DNA of 64,000 nt, taken from contig JBAZGN010000002.1 in assembly GCA_041652815.1 (NCBI GenBank), positions 77,570 through 141,569 of the forward strand, written 5' to 3'. Source of the DNA: Candidatus Omnitrophota bacterium (GTDB taxonomy: Bacteria > Omnitrophota > Gorgyraeia > Duberdicusellales > 4484-171). The notes under the pieces were generated by a model. The model worked only from the letters and a program-made list of their open reading frames with translations, ran no database searches and was not told the origin of the DNA. Below, in pieces: positions 1 through 15,000 of this stretch; positions within the stretch are counted from its first letter, which is position 1; the number at the start of each line of letters is the position of its first letter. Position numbers and translations under genes: made by a program.

Positions 1-2
1 TA

Positions 3-3000
3 AAAATAGAAGAAGTGTTTACTGGCATAGAGGTACCAACTTACCCCTCAACCTTACCATTTAGGGAATCGTTACATGCCATTCTCCTTTCTCGGTTTCT
101 ACGCTCAACTCGAACCTTAGCTCATCATTTAAGCGGACAGGAGCAAAAATATTTGCATGTACGCACATTTAATCCGGAAGGTTTAACCGGCTATCCAAAA
201 TTAAAGGATATTTTCGAGAAGGTGTCCTTATTTGTTTATTATGAGCAAGATGGCAATACCATACACAGCTGGATAATTATTGCTCCGGATTTTATCGCAG
301 CCGCCGGCGAGGATTTAACTCGCAGGATGCATTATGTATTCTCGGTTATACACAACGTAGAACAAAAAGTTGTTAGAGACGGAAAGCCTATAGCAGATTT
401 GGATTTCACGGCGATTGATAGAGAAGCGAACAAATTTGCAAATGAAAATATGCAACCGGGAAGGCCTATGGTAGTTAGCGGTTACATATCGAGTCCGGCG
501 GCAGAGGAATGGTTTATAAGAAATTCTTCTGACACTGTTTCTTCTCCTACGGAGGCAAGCAATCATGATAGACTTAAGAGATTAAAAAATTTCATAAATC
601 AAGGAAGTGGCTTTTGTGCTTATGAAAGGCAAGTTTTATTTAATTACTTTGAGGTTTTAAAGAAAACTTTACGGGGAGAGATTGTCTTACCACGCCAAAT
701 AGAAATTCATACAACCACTCGTTGCCAGTTGCGTTGCCGTTGGTGCATTGGAGAAAAGGAAAGGCTTGCCGTGTCACCAACCGATTTAGGCATGCAGACA
801 ATTTTTAAATTGTTGGATGAAATAAAAGCGTATAACGCGCGTCAAGGCGAAGATACTAAAGTTGCATTAGTTAGATTTTCCGGATATTGTGGCGAACCTT
901 TACTTAACCCCGCAACATTACCAGCTATGAGACGGGCTTTAGATTATGATTTGGAAGTTGGTTTAGTTACGAATGGGGTTTTGCTTAGCGAGCCTACTGT
1001 TCAAGGAGTGGTGGCACAAGCAAAGTATGTCCATGTAAGCTTAGACGTAGGGTCCGATAAAACCTATAAATTGCTGAAAGGCGGCGTACTTGGAGAGTAT
1101 GATCAAATTATAGCTAATATTAAACAAATAGCTATGCTTCGTAAAGACTCAGGAGTAAAGATTCAAGTTGGTTTTATTGTGCAGCCGGAAAATTATAAAG
1201 AGTTTCCGGCATTAGCTGATACGTTAAAGGGCATTGGAGCTAATTATATCCGTGTACGGGCTGCGATGCGTGAAAAAAAGGGACAATTAACTCCTGCGCA
1301 GTGGCATGAAGCGTATCAAATAATCCGAGATGTTAAGCAACGGTATACCGATGATACATTCCGAGTGATTGTGATGTATGACGAAAAAGAAGCACAAAAT
1401 TTACAAAGGCCAGACTATCGTCTTTGTTACGCCCATACGTTTTTGGGTGTTATCGCTCCTGATGGAGAGGTACCGCCGTGTTGTCACTTGACGTATAAAG
1501 GAGCAGTGAGTTTTGGCAATATAAGTGAAGCCTCTTTCGAACATATTTATAGAAGTTTTCGTAGGGCAGAGGTAATGCGGAATTTAGATCCAGCTGTTTC
1601 CTGCTCAATCTGCCCGCCCATGGCAGACAGAGTTAACCGATTCATGGAATTTTTGCAGGCAGAATACGTAAAAGACCCCAATTTTATAGAGTGGCTTGAA
1701 TTATTTGTCCGGGAACATAAAAAAGAAGAATCTTCAAGCCCGGTTTCTCCGGATATTAATTTTCAAAATGCTTTCACCGCGCAACACCTTCTTTTGGAAG
1801 AATTACAGCCAGAAGCTGTTATTTTAATGCGGGGTATGTTGGCGGAGGCAAGAGAGCGCTTAGAAAAGGAAGCGGCTTTTATCAATCGGAATAACATAAG
1901 TAATGCGCAACAAAGAATAGCAAGGCTTAATGCCATTATCGCCGATATTGGCAATTTAACTTTCCAAGATGTAGAAAATATACTTAAGATTTGTAAAAAG
2001 TATTTTACTCAGGCGACCGCTCTTAGTAAATCTCTCTGCCAAGAGTTAAGAATAGAACGGAATAAGCTTGCAGGGTTATATCGTATTATTCAATATCTAA
2101 CGGAAATTCAAAACTTATTTGAGCACTATTCTTGTCAGCGACGAAGAATAAGTTTCTTGCGTGAGCCGCTTGTTCCTGAAAAAATCAGGCGTCTTAGGCC
2201 TATTTTTGAAGGAGGAAAGTGTTTGCCTTCGCATGTTGAATTTCATTTAGCGTTGGGGTGCAATTTAAGATGCGAAGGTTGCCCTAATACCGAAAAAGAT
2301 GAAAATGGCAAAATGCGTTTCATCGGCTATTCTAAAATAGGCGATACACTGACCGAAGAAAGAATGAAAATGCTAATTGATATGTTTTTTAATTATGGTG
2401 TTCGCAGTTTCAGTTTTGCCGGTGGGGGTGAACCTTCACTTTCCCCGTTAACTTTTAAAGGCATTCAGTACGTCGGTCAAACTTATCCAGAAGTATTTCA
2501 AGCTATATATACTAACGGCATTTTTCCTAAAAAGTTAACGCCTTCTCATTGGGAGACATTAGCTAAATATTTGAATAAGATTAGGTTTAGCGTCGATGCA
2601 ACAAGCAGAGAAGATTGGTCAAAGTATAAGGGCCGGCCGGCGGAATGGTTTGATATGCTTTGGAGTAATATCCGTCAGCTTGTAGAAATAAGAAATACAA
2701 TAAAAACTAAGTTAAAAATCGGCGCTAGCTGTCTTGCTTCACGAGTAACGCTTGAAAATATTTCAAGATTTCTCGAACAGGCACAAGCAGCGGCAATTGA
2801 TTTTTGCGATATCAAAGAATTGGCTGTTTGCACCGAAGCTAAAGAAGAATTTAGGCCCGATAACAATAAGGTATTACAAGTAGTTAGGAATATATCAGAA
2901 AAGATTAGAGAAGGCGTTTACCAGCCGCTACATATCGTCTTTGACGATACTCTTTTAGCCCCTCTTTCTGAAATGCAGCCTCAAGATTTTCTTTCAGACA

Positions 3001-6000
3001 GATGTTGGTGGGCGATAACCGGCCGCCTATTGACAATAACTCCATATGGCGAAATGTTTCCTTGTCCCGATGCAGCTGATCCTGGTTCTCAGAAGGCAAT
3101 GGTGCATAACCCCGGCCTAGGGGTTTTGAGGCGCTTTGAAAGCATTGAATCATTACGGGAAGAATTCGAACGGCTTTGGTCAGAGGGGTGTGAAAAGCGG
3201 TTATTGATTTCAAGGGAAAACTGCCATTACTGCGTTCCGTCGCACTATAATTACAATTTGGCATTGGAAAAACTTTTTCAAGATTGGTATTTCGGTATAG
3301 AACCAGAAGACCAGCCATTTGCCGGCTTAGAAGATGAATATTTACGTTCACGCGGTAAGGGGCCGGCTCTCAAGGTTCAAGGTAGTTCTCCTTCTTCGTC
3401 TGTCGTTGTCGGTCACTCGATAAAAGGAACAGCCGGCCCCATTGAAATGGCTGTCCGAAGCATTCTGCATCCCGCCTCTTCTCCCGTAACAAAGGCCGGA
3501 TTTTTTGATATTGATGGAGTGTTATTTAGAAAATGTGACAAAGATAGATATGAAACATTAGGCCGGGATTTTGTTTCTCGCGGTATAGCTAAATTACTTA
3601 GCACCGGAAAGATTTGGGAGAGCGTTTTTGAAACACAAAAATATATGCAGATGATTTTAAGAGGAAGTATCGGCGAGCAAGAATTTATCAGTGCCGTAAA
3701 CGCGAGATTAAGAAAACGCGGCCTCAAAAGAGAGTATCAGACCGCCGAAGAACTTTGGCGAGTATTCTTTAGAATCTTAGAGCCTAATTTTAAAATAGTC
3801 AGGATTTTAAAAACTATGCAGGCTTTAAATATGCCTTGCGGAATAATTTCTGACCGCTTTTTGGGTGATGTTCCAGTTATGATGGAGGCTATTGATGATA
3901 CATTTGTTGGCTTATTTGATAGGGATTTAGTTTTCCATTCCTGCGAACATCGCTTTACTAAGCAAGATGGGGATTTGTTTACTATGGTTGTTGATGTTTT
4001 ACGAGGTAAGCATGGTTTAATTAGCCCTAGTGAGATATTCTTCGTGGACGATAATGAAGATATTCTTACAGTTGCTCGGCAGGTTGGTTTACAAACAGTC
4101 CATTACGTATTTGCTGATGCGGTTGCGCCTGAACTCGACTACCCGATTTTTAGAGAAATTCTTAATAGACTCGCTTCTTCTCCCGCTGACGCCACTTCAC
4201 CTAAACGAAAAATATTGCTTAGCACTGACTTAGGCTTTTTCCCGGATGATTATGTGGCACTGGCGTTACTGCTAAATACTCCTGGAATTGATTTAGCCGG
4301 CGTGTTTTTAAGAGGAACGAAAAAATTCCCAGCAGAACCAGAGCAAGCAGAAAGAATTTTAGCGCTAAGCGGCAGAGCATATATTCCTGTGTATTCTGGC
4401 GTAAAGAAAACTTCTGACTCCATAGCAGAAGCTATAACTAAGGCTAAAGGCAACATAGCAATATTATCTATTGGTTTGTTGACAATTCCCTATAAAGCTT
4501 TATCAAAAGTAATAGCGCAGGGAAATGAAAGATTTCTTAAGAATTTGCGCATTGTGATTATGGGCGGGTCATTTAATCCCTGTGAAGATATGGATGAATC
4601 TGGCTTGACCGAATATAATTTCCGCGGAGATTTAAAATCTACCCAAAAGCTATTTAATTTATTTGAAGCACACCGATTTGCCGATGTCAGGATTACGCCC
4701 TATGAAGTGCTTATGCTAATGAGTGTAAATGAACAGATTAAATTTTTAGCAGGCAAGAAAAATTCTGCGGGCGGAATAGTTGCCGGTAAAATCATTGCGG
4801 CTATTAAATATTTTCGCAGAATTAAAAAACTTTTACCCAAAACCCGTTATAATTTCTGTTTGTTTGACCCGGTAGCAGCAGAAGTTTTAGTTAATCCCGA
4901 TATGTTAGTTTGGCAGCCGGTTGAATTTGCAGAGCTGCCTGTTACAGAAGTGCTCGGAAAAACATTCTTTGGTTTTAAACCCAGCAAAAACAGAAATGTT
5001 TTATGCGCTCTCGATTTCGCATCTAAAGTTAAAGAGGGCGAATTCAGAAAGAAACTTGGCAGCCTTTTTGATGATTTAGCAACGAAAGAACAGATTTCTT
5101 CACCGATAGAAGATAATAGCGTCATTGCTTTACTGCAAGAAACAATGCAGGGGCAGGAAATTTCTGAAGAAGGAAAGAAAAAAATAAAGGAAACCGCCGA
5201 AAGCAAGCCCGAGCTTTTTGGAAGAGTGCTATCAGGAGAGCGACGTGATGGCAATTTTAGAAATGCCGTAGATGATGATGAGCAGATGAAAGCATACCGG
5301 GGCGAGATTGAAGGCAAAATAAGCGAGATTGCAGAAATTGGCCGAAGATTACAAGTAAGAGTAGATATCAGGGATTTAATTGAAGACGCCCTGCAGATGG
5401 TCTTTGCGCTGACTCCGGAATATTTCTTTAAGACATATTATTTGGGCAAGGACGCAGCTAAAGAGCATGGCGTGCTGCATGCCTTGGAGGACTTATATTA
5501 CGGTTTAAGGATTATCGAGAAAGATGAAGAATTAAGGAATATGGCTATTGATTATGAATGCCTGATTTATGCCTGCCTTTTACACGATAGCGCCGGGATT
5601 ATTTCTAGGGTTAACCACAGCACCACCTCGGGTTATTTCGCAAAAGCGTTCCTTGAAGCCATAGGCAAAGAAACATTAGCTGCCAAAACATGGAAAGTAG
5701 CGAATGCACATCACGGTATAGAGGTTAAACAGATATGGGGAGAGGCCGTATATGATAATTGCCCCGAAGCAAGGATTATTAAAGACGCTGATTCGCTTGC
5801 GAGCGGTTTAGACGTTGAACGGCTTTGCAAAATGGTTATTTTATGGAAACCGCAACCGGGTGAATATAAAAACTATATTTTTGACGAAGCATACGGCAAG
5901 AAAACAAGATTAGAGCATTGGAACGTAAGATTTCCGCGGAAAAACGGAATAGTGGTAGAGGCAGAAGAAGAAAAATGGGTAATTAGCAAAAACGACAGGG

Positions 6001-9000
6001 ATTTTATACAATTTTTGCTCGATAACATAGTTTTCAAAACTATGCCTATTTATTATATGACCAAAGGCGCAGCAAGAATTTTGCGTGAAAACGAAAAACA
6101 TAGCGCCTTAGGATTTATTTTGGAGAAAGTAGATGATTTGATTGGCGAGTGGGAAAAGAAATGGAAAATTAAATTTAGCTCCGAAGAAAGAGTTGAAATA
6201 AAGAAGATAATTTCCGATTTATATGAAGAGGCGTTAAGAATAGTATGCGAAGAAAAAAATCTTGACTATACGCAGTTAAGGAGAGAATTTCCTGATATCG
6301 GCCAACGGGCAGTAGGTATATTTAAAATGTGCGCTTCTTCTTCCATAAGCTCACCGTTTACCGGCACAGCAGTAGCGGCCTTGAGCGATGAAAAAGGGTT
6401 TGCGTCTTCGCCATTAGCGGGAAGTTCGAGCGACGCAGAGAAAAGAACGCGGAATTTGAAATTTGCGTTAGGTTTATTATGTAAAAGCGGCGATTGGCGC
6501 AAGGCGGTTGAAGTTATAAATGAAATTGGCGAACTCAAATCGCCCGTTGCAATCACAGAAATAATACGTATTCTTTACCGGGATGATTTAGAAATATTGC
6601 ATCAGGATGCTGTTGCGGCTCTTCACAAAATTGATGTTTCAAAGCTTTCCGCCAAACACTACCGTTTTATCGTCACATTAATTTCCGGATTGATACGCAA
6701 CAGAATTTCCGGCAGCAATTTCGTCGGCATAGACCCGCTTTCCAAAGATTTATTTGAATTATTATGCCATACCACTCGTTCATGGAGCGATATCGAAACT
6801 TTCAGTAATTGGATGCTTACGCGGATAAATATGGTTTCCTACTTTGCGGACGAATATTCACAATCGATGTACATTATGTATTATATGGTTGAAACAGCCA
6901 AAATGTTTGCTGAGCCGGCAGCCGTAGAACTGGTTGTTAAAATCAAAGATAAAGCAGTAAAGTTCAGAAGTTATTTATCTGCCACAAAAATTGTCCGCAA
7001 ACACCGGCTGATTGAAAAGTTAGACGGCCTTATTGATTATGCCGATAGAGTATTAACTTATTTAGAGGCTGTGCCGTTTAACCCGGATAAATTGCAACAG
7101 GTATCTTCGCCCATAGGCAGAAGAGAAGTAGAAAGAATAAGAGGGCTGATTGAAAGAGTTGATGCCCTTGCTGCAGAAGTGAATAAATTAGCATGGGATT
7201 TTTCTCCCGCCGGCAACGAGCACACAATGCTTTCTACGAGAGGTCAGCAATTAATGAGCTTTGGGGAGATAGTCAGGAGCTCGGACACTCTCGACGAAAA
7301 ATATTTTGACTTTTTTAACATTTGGGAAAATTTATTATCTTGTTGGATGAATTTCTTATCCAGGCGTGTACGTAACTCACACGAGGCAGCTTTTAAGAAA
7401 GCAGAAAAAATGCTTCGTTTGAAAATTATCCCGGGATTTGAAGAAGCAATCAAGATGTGGCTGTTTACGAGCGAAGATTATTTAGGCAGATTTTATTTGG
7501 ATTTAGCCATTGTTAGGTTGGAAGAAGCAGAACGTTGCATAGACGAGTCGCAAGGAAAAATTCTCCTGCACAGAGAAGCTATAAGCCGTAGATTCAGACG
7601 GCATCATCTAAGTAATTTAGGAAGCAGCAGATACGAATTGGCAAAATTTGATAATCGCGTTGCTGATTTAGAAAAAATTAAAGCCGAAATAATTAGCGTC
7701 AACGATGAATTAGAACGTTGTCGTTCTGCAGGGTTTCTCGAGAATTTACCTGTAATTATTTCTTCATATCGAAGAGTTAAAAGAATAGCCGGGTTAATTA
7801 ATAGTGTAACAGTAAACGCGTTTTTAAGGATATGTTTATTCGAAAGAGGAAGCCTTATTTCCAGGGCAGAAGCCGACTTGGATGCAATAATAAAAACCGC
7901 CGCTTCAACCTCCAGCCCCCTCATAACCGGCACTTTCCGCACCCAACTTGGCATATTATCCGAAGCAATTGTTATAGATAACGTATTAATAAATACTTTT
8001 TCTTCATCGCCGGTGAGGAATATTTCTAATGGCATCCCTCGTTCCATGAACGCTTTTTTAAAAGAAGCGTTTACGCGTTATGAAAACGAAGGCGCTGCAT
8101 GGGCGAATAACTTTCTTTATCAGAATCATGAAGCCGGAGTATTTGCTGACGGAAGGTCTGCGCGGTCATTTCTTGAAGCAGTAAAAGTTATTACTGCTGT
8201 TGGTGAGCCGGATATGAGAGCCGGTGCAAAATGGATACTTTCTTTAAAGAATTTGCCCGATATCTTAAGCATGCTTAAGCCGGGAGAGCAGGATTGGCTT
8301 AATTATGCCTTAGGCATCGCTTCTCGGCTTGAGCATAACCTTCAGCCATTAAATGTTTGCAAACATAATGGTGACCTGAATAGTGCTTTAAAAAATTGTT
8401 CCTTTCTCTCTGGCGATGAAGGAAAAGTGACGGTTTCAAAATCAGATCCTTTCCACGTTACCCTATGTTATAAGAAAATCCCTGATTTTAAAGGAAAACT
8501 GTATCTTAGGTTAAAGGCTGGTAATAATAAAGAAGAAATTTTGCTTTTTGAAAATGCCAAAAATTATTCAGCAAACAATTCAGAATGCTACATTTGGCAG
8601 ATTGCCCCTTCAGCTTACGATGGATTCCTGGAATTCGATTTCATAATGTTAGATGAATACGGGTCATTTTCTTTATTGATAGACCGCAGAAGATTTAATT
8701 ACATAAATAAGATATCTCCCTTAAGTATACCTATGTTGGGAGTAAATTATCAAGCCGCGGATAGATTAAAAGAAACAAATGTGGTTGCTTATGCGATGGA
8801 AGCTGCTCTTCTGATGCAAACCCTTTCTGGAACCATGGGAGGCGGTTTAGGAATTTTGATGGGAAGTTTTTTACGGGCTTTAAGGTATTCAGGCGCCAAT
8901 GTTTATTTTCCGCTTCTAAGATACGCCAAAGGGATTGAGCAACGCGTAGCAGACGGCAAGCCCCAGGTAGTAAAAGGCGTCAGTTTGGATTATTCGGTTT

Positions 9001-12000
9001 TGGATAATTATGAAGACGAGTTTGAGCGATGGGAGAAAATAAAAGAAGCGGGGATTACGGTAAAAGTAGAAAACAAAGAATACAAAACAAGAGTATCTTT
9101 AGTTCGATTAACGGTTAAGGTAGATAAAGGCACGCCCGATTCTTACATATTATTTATTGATATACCTGAAAATTCTGATATAGCCTCAAATCTTTATCCG
9201 GGGAAACCAACCTCAAAAGAGCGTTTTAGGCAAGCAGCCTATTATTCACGCGCTACATTGGAAGCATTAAAAACTTTAGGTATCAAGCCGGATATATTGC
9301 AAGTCCATGAGTCGTTTCCGGCAGTAGCACTGGTTCCCGATTTGTTTTCCAATGAACATTCGCCTTACGCAAATGATAACTATTTTGACGGCGCAAAAAG
9401 AAATATTTTAGGTTTTTGCCATAGTATCGCCGCCCAAACAATGCCATGGATATTCCCTGGCTATATGGAGCAGATATTGGGTTATTCTCTGCCGGAGGAG
9501 TTGCTTACTACGCGAAAAGCCGACAGTAAGACATACAGAGTTTATGACCCGTTTCACGCTTTAAGCGTGAAAGCAAAAGCTATCGGCACAGTCGGCTTGG
9601 AACACCTTAACGCCATGCAAAGGCTTTTTCCTATGTTTGCGGATAAATATTTTGCGATAGAAGACTCAATCTGGCCTTATTTCTGGATGTTACCTGAACA
9701 AATTGCCAATAAAGGGAGAGTTCTTAGTTTAGAAGATATCTGGCAGGCTAAAGAAAAGACTGAAGCCAGGATGATTGGTTATATAGAGGGCCTATGCGGA
9801 GTAAAGCTCATAGCCGGAAGGCCTACGATAGTTGAAGCTCGGAGAATAGCTGATTTTAAAGACACCCTATTTTTTACCGGCCTTCCGGGAATAATTCTTT
9901 CCGGACAGTTATTATCAGGTATTTATTATCTAACCGCTGCAGTTGAAGAAGGTGGGCTTGGATTTAATCTTGTTTGCGCCGGGAAAGCTCACGAAGACGA
10001 TGAATTAGGGCAAGCCTGGGAAGGAAAACTAAGAGAATTTTCCGATGATCCGCGGCTTAAAGGAACATATGTGTATTTACCCTGGACGACCAACATTTCG
10101 AGGCCCATTATTCAGGGGGCTAAAGTATGTTTGCAAACATCAGTTCCTCCATACGAAGCCGCAGGGATGAAAGATAAAAAAGACATGCTTTGTTATAATG
10201 TGGTAGTTTCAAGTTATACCGGAGGGCCGATACAGCAGATTACCAATGTTTTATACAATAAAGCTGTTGAATATTGGAGAATCTTGAAAGGAAATTCATT
10301 GACAAAGATTATAAGTTTTCTGCTTTGGTTTTTTGGAATAGACCGAGAAAAATATCATCTTGGCAACGGATATCTATTTGAGCCTTTTAGCCAAGCTAAG
10401 CTGCAGGAGTGTATGGAAGACTTATCTGCGCGTTTTTACGCTTATATATACTATAAACAGGAAATAGCCCCGGAACAGGTAAAATCTCCCAATGAACATT
10501 GGTTAAAATTAACTCGCCGCTATATGAAAGAGGATCCAAGTGGGATATTGCAGATTATGCAAAATACTGCAAGGATGCTGCCAGTCTTTGATTCTCGTAC
10601 AGCCGCTTTAAAATTTGCAGCCATCTGGGCTTTTATGCAGGGAGAGCGTTTGGATTATTCGGGTTATGATGAATTCTTGAGAAAAGCTTTAGCAGATTTT
10701 GAAGAAAGGTTATCGCCGAGCTTTAAAGGAGAATTTGCCGCTAATGGTACGGCAAGTTCTTCCGCGCTTGAGGAAACTCGCCATGCAAGGCGCATTGATA
10801 AAATTAAAAATTTTGGCAGGAATATATCTTCCCCAATTAAGGCAGGGTTTTTTGACATTGACGGGGTGCTTTTAAGAAGCCCGCCAAAAGAAGAAAGATA
10901 TACAAGATTAGCCTTATCTTTACAAAAACTTGGGCTAAAAAGCGTTAGCGTTGAAGAACTTCACGAAGCTATTTTTGCCAATGAGGATAATGGTCAACGT
11001 AAGTTAAAGCTTTTGTGCGGGGATATAACCGAAGCTGAATTTATTGCCCAGATAAATCATAACCTAAGGAATCTTGGCTTAAGAACAGATTTAAGCCCCA
11101 AAGAGTTTTACGGGATGTTTTTCAGCGATAGAATGCCGAATTGGCAATTACTCGAACTTTTACTAATAATGAAGGCGTTAGAAATGCCAAGAGGCATTAT
11201 TTCTGACCGCCTTCCGCAAGACGCAGCAATAATGATGGGAAAAGTAAAAGGAGGTTTCCCGAAATTATTTAAAAACCACCGCCTTATTTTCCATTCATAC
11301 GAACATCATCACACAAAACACGAGGTTGAGTTTTTCAATCTGGCCGCCAAAGTATTATATGAACAATTTGGCATTACGCCACAAGAAACTTTCTTTGTTG
11401 ACGATAAGAAATCTATTATTGAAATAGCAAAACAAGCCGGTTTTCAAGCCATTCATTATGCTTTTAACGATAAGATTCCTCCGGAACTCATTCACCCTAT
11501 TTTTAAAGAAATTCTTGGTATGGCTGTTTCCAGCCCCATTTCAAAAGCAAATGTTCAGGTTGAGTTTGTTCCCGCAGATAAAAAATATGCTGGCATACAT
11601 TCTTTATATCAAGTTTTTGCTGTATCCCTTGAAGGGGGTTATGGAGTTACTGTTCGTTGCGGTATACCACATCCTTTTCTCCCGGGTGAATTTCAACCAT
11701 CCTGCGGTGAGATTAGATTTATAAAGGTAAGCAAAGAAGATTTTCCTACAGCAAAGCCCCAGGCACGTATCGACGCCGAAACTAGGGCAATTGAGGTAGA
11801 CCGCACTTCTGATTTGGGTAACATTGCCAGAAGAGGCGCTGCCACGGTTGTTGTTTCAGACGGCACAAGGCCTAAAACCGATATTTTAGAAGAATGGGCT
11901 TCTGCTTTAGCAAAGAAATCACTATTAGGCTGGGAATATACGCCGATAATAGGTTCCGGGATTGAGGAAGAAGATATGTGGACTATTGCAAACAGCGCTT

Positions 12001-15000
12001 ATAAAGTTTACGCTGCCGGTATCCGCCGCAAGGACATTAAAGAATATGTCGAAGAAGAAATTCCCCACTTGCCCTTAGAAACTTCCGGCCACGTAAAGCG
12101 TAATGAGCGCATAAAAGAGATACAAAAACTTTTGCGTGAAAAAAGGTGGCATGAAGTTCCTGCCGAACTTTTTAAAAACACAAAAGGGGCAATTCCGGCG
12201 GCGGGATGCCCTGAAGACAAAGGCGGTTACCCTCCGCATACCTGGGATCTTCTTACCGCTGGTTTTATTTCCGGTTTAAGGGTTTTATTCTGGTGGGCAG
12301 GAGAGAACGGTGATAAGCTTTGCCTGCCGCACACACTGAAAAATTCCAGTTCCGATAAAGAACCTTTAGGCAAAAAACCCTCACGTTTTATTTTTGATGG
12401 CGCAGATAGAAAAACGGGGCGCCCATTAATTCGCGGCATTATGAACCGTTTCTATGAAGATGTGGCTATCGCTGGTATAAGCCAAAAAGATAGGGGCGTT
12501 TACAGGCCTTACGGATTGCCGATGCGAGTGTTACGCTACTACCTTAGCCGCATGAAACAGGACGAGGAGGGGTCTTTAGTGAATAGTTTTAAGGGGCAGT
12601 GCCAGCTAACTTTTCATAATGAGCTTTTATATCAAACTACAGATGTCCTTGTTCTTGCCGACCGCAAGCGTAGATTTACCGATGAAGACATTGAACTTAT
12701 CAATGCGACCGTAGTTATGGAAGTTGTTCCGGGCGTATTGAGTTTAGACCAGATAAAAAGATTGGGCGAACGGGGAATATTTTATGTTTCTTCGATGTGG
12801 CTGCATTTGGCAACTCTTTATGCGGCCAGGGAAGAGTGGTTGCATCGTTTGGTAGCAAGGGAACGCCAGCATGTTAAAGATATGCGTACCCACGTTGTAA
12901 GCGTAATAGAAGGATTAGCAGCAGCGCTTATGTTTGAGGAATTAGACCGCTGTGAAAAAATTGGAGTTGCTTCCATACATTTAAAGGCTTGGACGGTCGG
13001 CAGGGAATTAGCAGCTACCATACAAAAAAATAGGGTATTACTATGGAAGGAAATTTCGAATTTTGCCGCAGAGTATGGCCTAAATTTAGAAGATTTAGTC
13101 CAACCAAAAAATAGTTCGCGTATTGCAATGCAGAGGATTGCGGTGTCGGAGGATAAGCAGTGCCAGCTAACTTTTCATGCAGTCTTACCTGTTTTAGAGC
13201 GCGTTTCAACATACCTTGACCAGGGAAGAAATCCTACTTTAGCCTGGGTGAGCGCGGTTTCAGAAGTAGCCTGGCAAAGCGCCATTTATAATGATAGATC
13301 TTTTGGCCGTTCAATTAGAGCATTAGAACGCCCAAATGAGATTCCAAAAGATATAGTTGGCGCTGTTAAGGCTGAAGTAGCTGCTTGGCACTTGCGCTGG
13401 TTAAAGCCGAACAATCCGGAGGTAGTTAGGCAGTTGCTGGAAATTTTGGACCACGAAGGCTCACATTATTTGAAGAGAAATTGCGTTCATACGTTAGGCG
13501 CGCTTTATTGGATAGTAGATGCGAATGTCCGGAAGGAAATTGTCGCCGGCAGTATTCTTGAATCTCCCCGCGAAGGATCATTGGGAGGATTAGTTTCTGC
13601 TTTGCTTGGCCCCGCTGATGTCCATGAATGGGCAAGGTGGGCGCTTTCTATCACTTACGTATCCTTACGGGATACCAGAAATGTTCTTAAGGCTGCGGCA
13701 GATGGCTACTTAAAATCGGAATACTTAGATGAGCAAGCAAAATATCGTTCCTACGAAATGGTTGGCAAGTTATACCGCGCTCTTGCTGCAATTGATGATT
13801 ATTTTGGGAAAGATGACGATGCTAATGATTGCCGCTTTAAGGCATTAAAATATTATCATAAGTCTATGGCGGAACAATATGGCCAGGGGGCTCTATACTG
13901 CCAATTAGAAGGGGCACGAAGCTATCATCAGGCTAATAATCCTCAAGAAGCTAGTAAAAGATATCTCTCTTTGATTGTGCCGTCCAGGCTGACAAGGACA
14001 TGGAGAGAAAGAGGCGCTAGGACAGGCAGGGCGAGCATAGTAGAGATAGATTTATGGGTAAGCGGCATACGCACATTAGCCTTAGCAGGAATTTTGAATA
14101 TATATTCTCCATACCATCCTGACGAGAATATGCTGATAGCTACGAGGCTAAATGAAGTGATTTCTGAGCTAAATTATTATTTTAGAGAAAAAATACGTGA
14201 GCGAAAAACTAAATTAGAAGCAATATTCGCCCATCAGGCAGCAGACCTTGCACAGTTTAATGTTCCATACTTAGGGATTTTGCTTATCTTAAGCACGGGT
14301 ATATTTAGAGATGGGGAGAAGATTAGCAGTATTTTTAAGGAAATGATAGAACGACAATCGTTAATTGATGGAAGTGAGCCTATATCTTCGGAGAAACTCC
14401 GAGCTTCCATGGATACCAAAGAGCGCCCTTTCGATAGTTTAAGGCCGGGCGAAAAGATGCTTATTGAGCATATTTTTACTGGCTTGAAACTCATTGATCC
14501 CAACGCCGCACCTCACAAGGCTTCCTCAGCGCTTACCTTTAGGGAGGTTTTAAGAGAATTAGGGAATTTAGATGATCGGGAAGCTATGAAAGAATGGGCC
14601 AGCGAGCATGCCTTATTTCTGCCTTTACCTTTTAGAGGTTTTTACCCCTATCAAAGGCTTATTATTGATTATTTTTATAATGACCGGAATTGGCAAAATC
14701 CGGAAAAAGTTTTAGCTGGCATCCGTAATAGTAACGAATGGCCGCTCGGCCCGATTAGAAATTTTATTATAGCTTATGGAAATACAACAAGCATAATGCA
14801 AGAGGTATGGCAATTTATAAATAGAATACCGGTGGGAAAGCATGCGTATGTGCAACAAAGAAATTTTCTTATTGACAGGTTGCCAGGATACCCAATACCA
14901 AACAACATGTCTGCTTTCGAATGGGCGGTGCGAGGGTTTTGCGAAAGCTTATCAATTTATAACGGCAAGCAATTGCTTTTTGGCGCGCAGGATATAAGTG

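Noticed and set aside
4847-5317. 156-aa minus-strand ORF, and similar ones at 2905-3351, 7604-8047, 56558-56986 and 32198-32620
   Set aside because: All are antisense to regions where the + frame encodes recognisable domains or a continuous ORF. Long antisense ORFs are typical of AT-rich, purine-biased sense strands.
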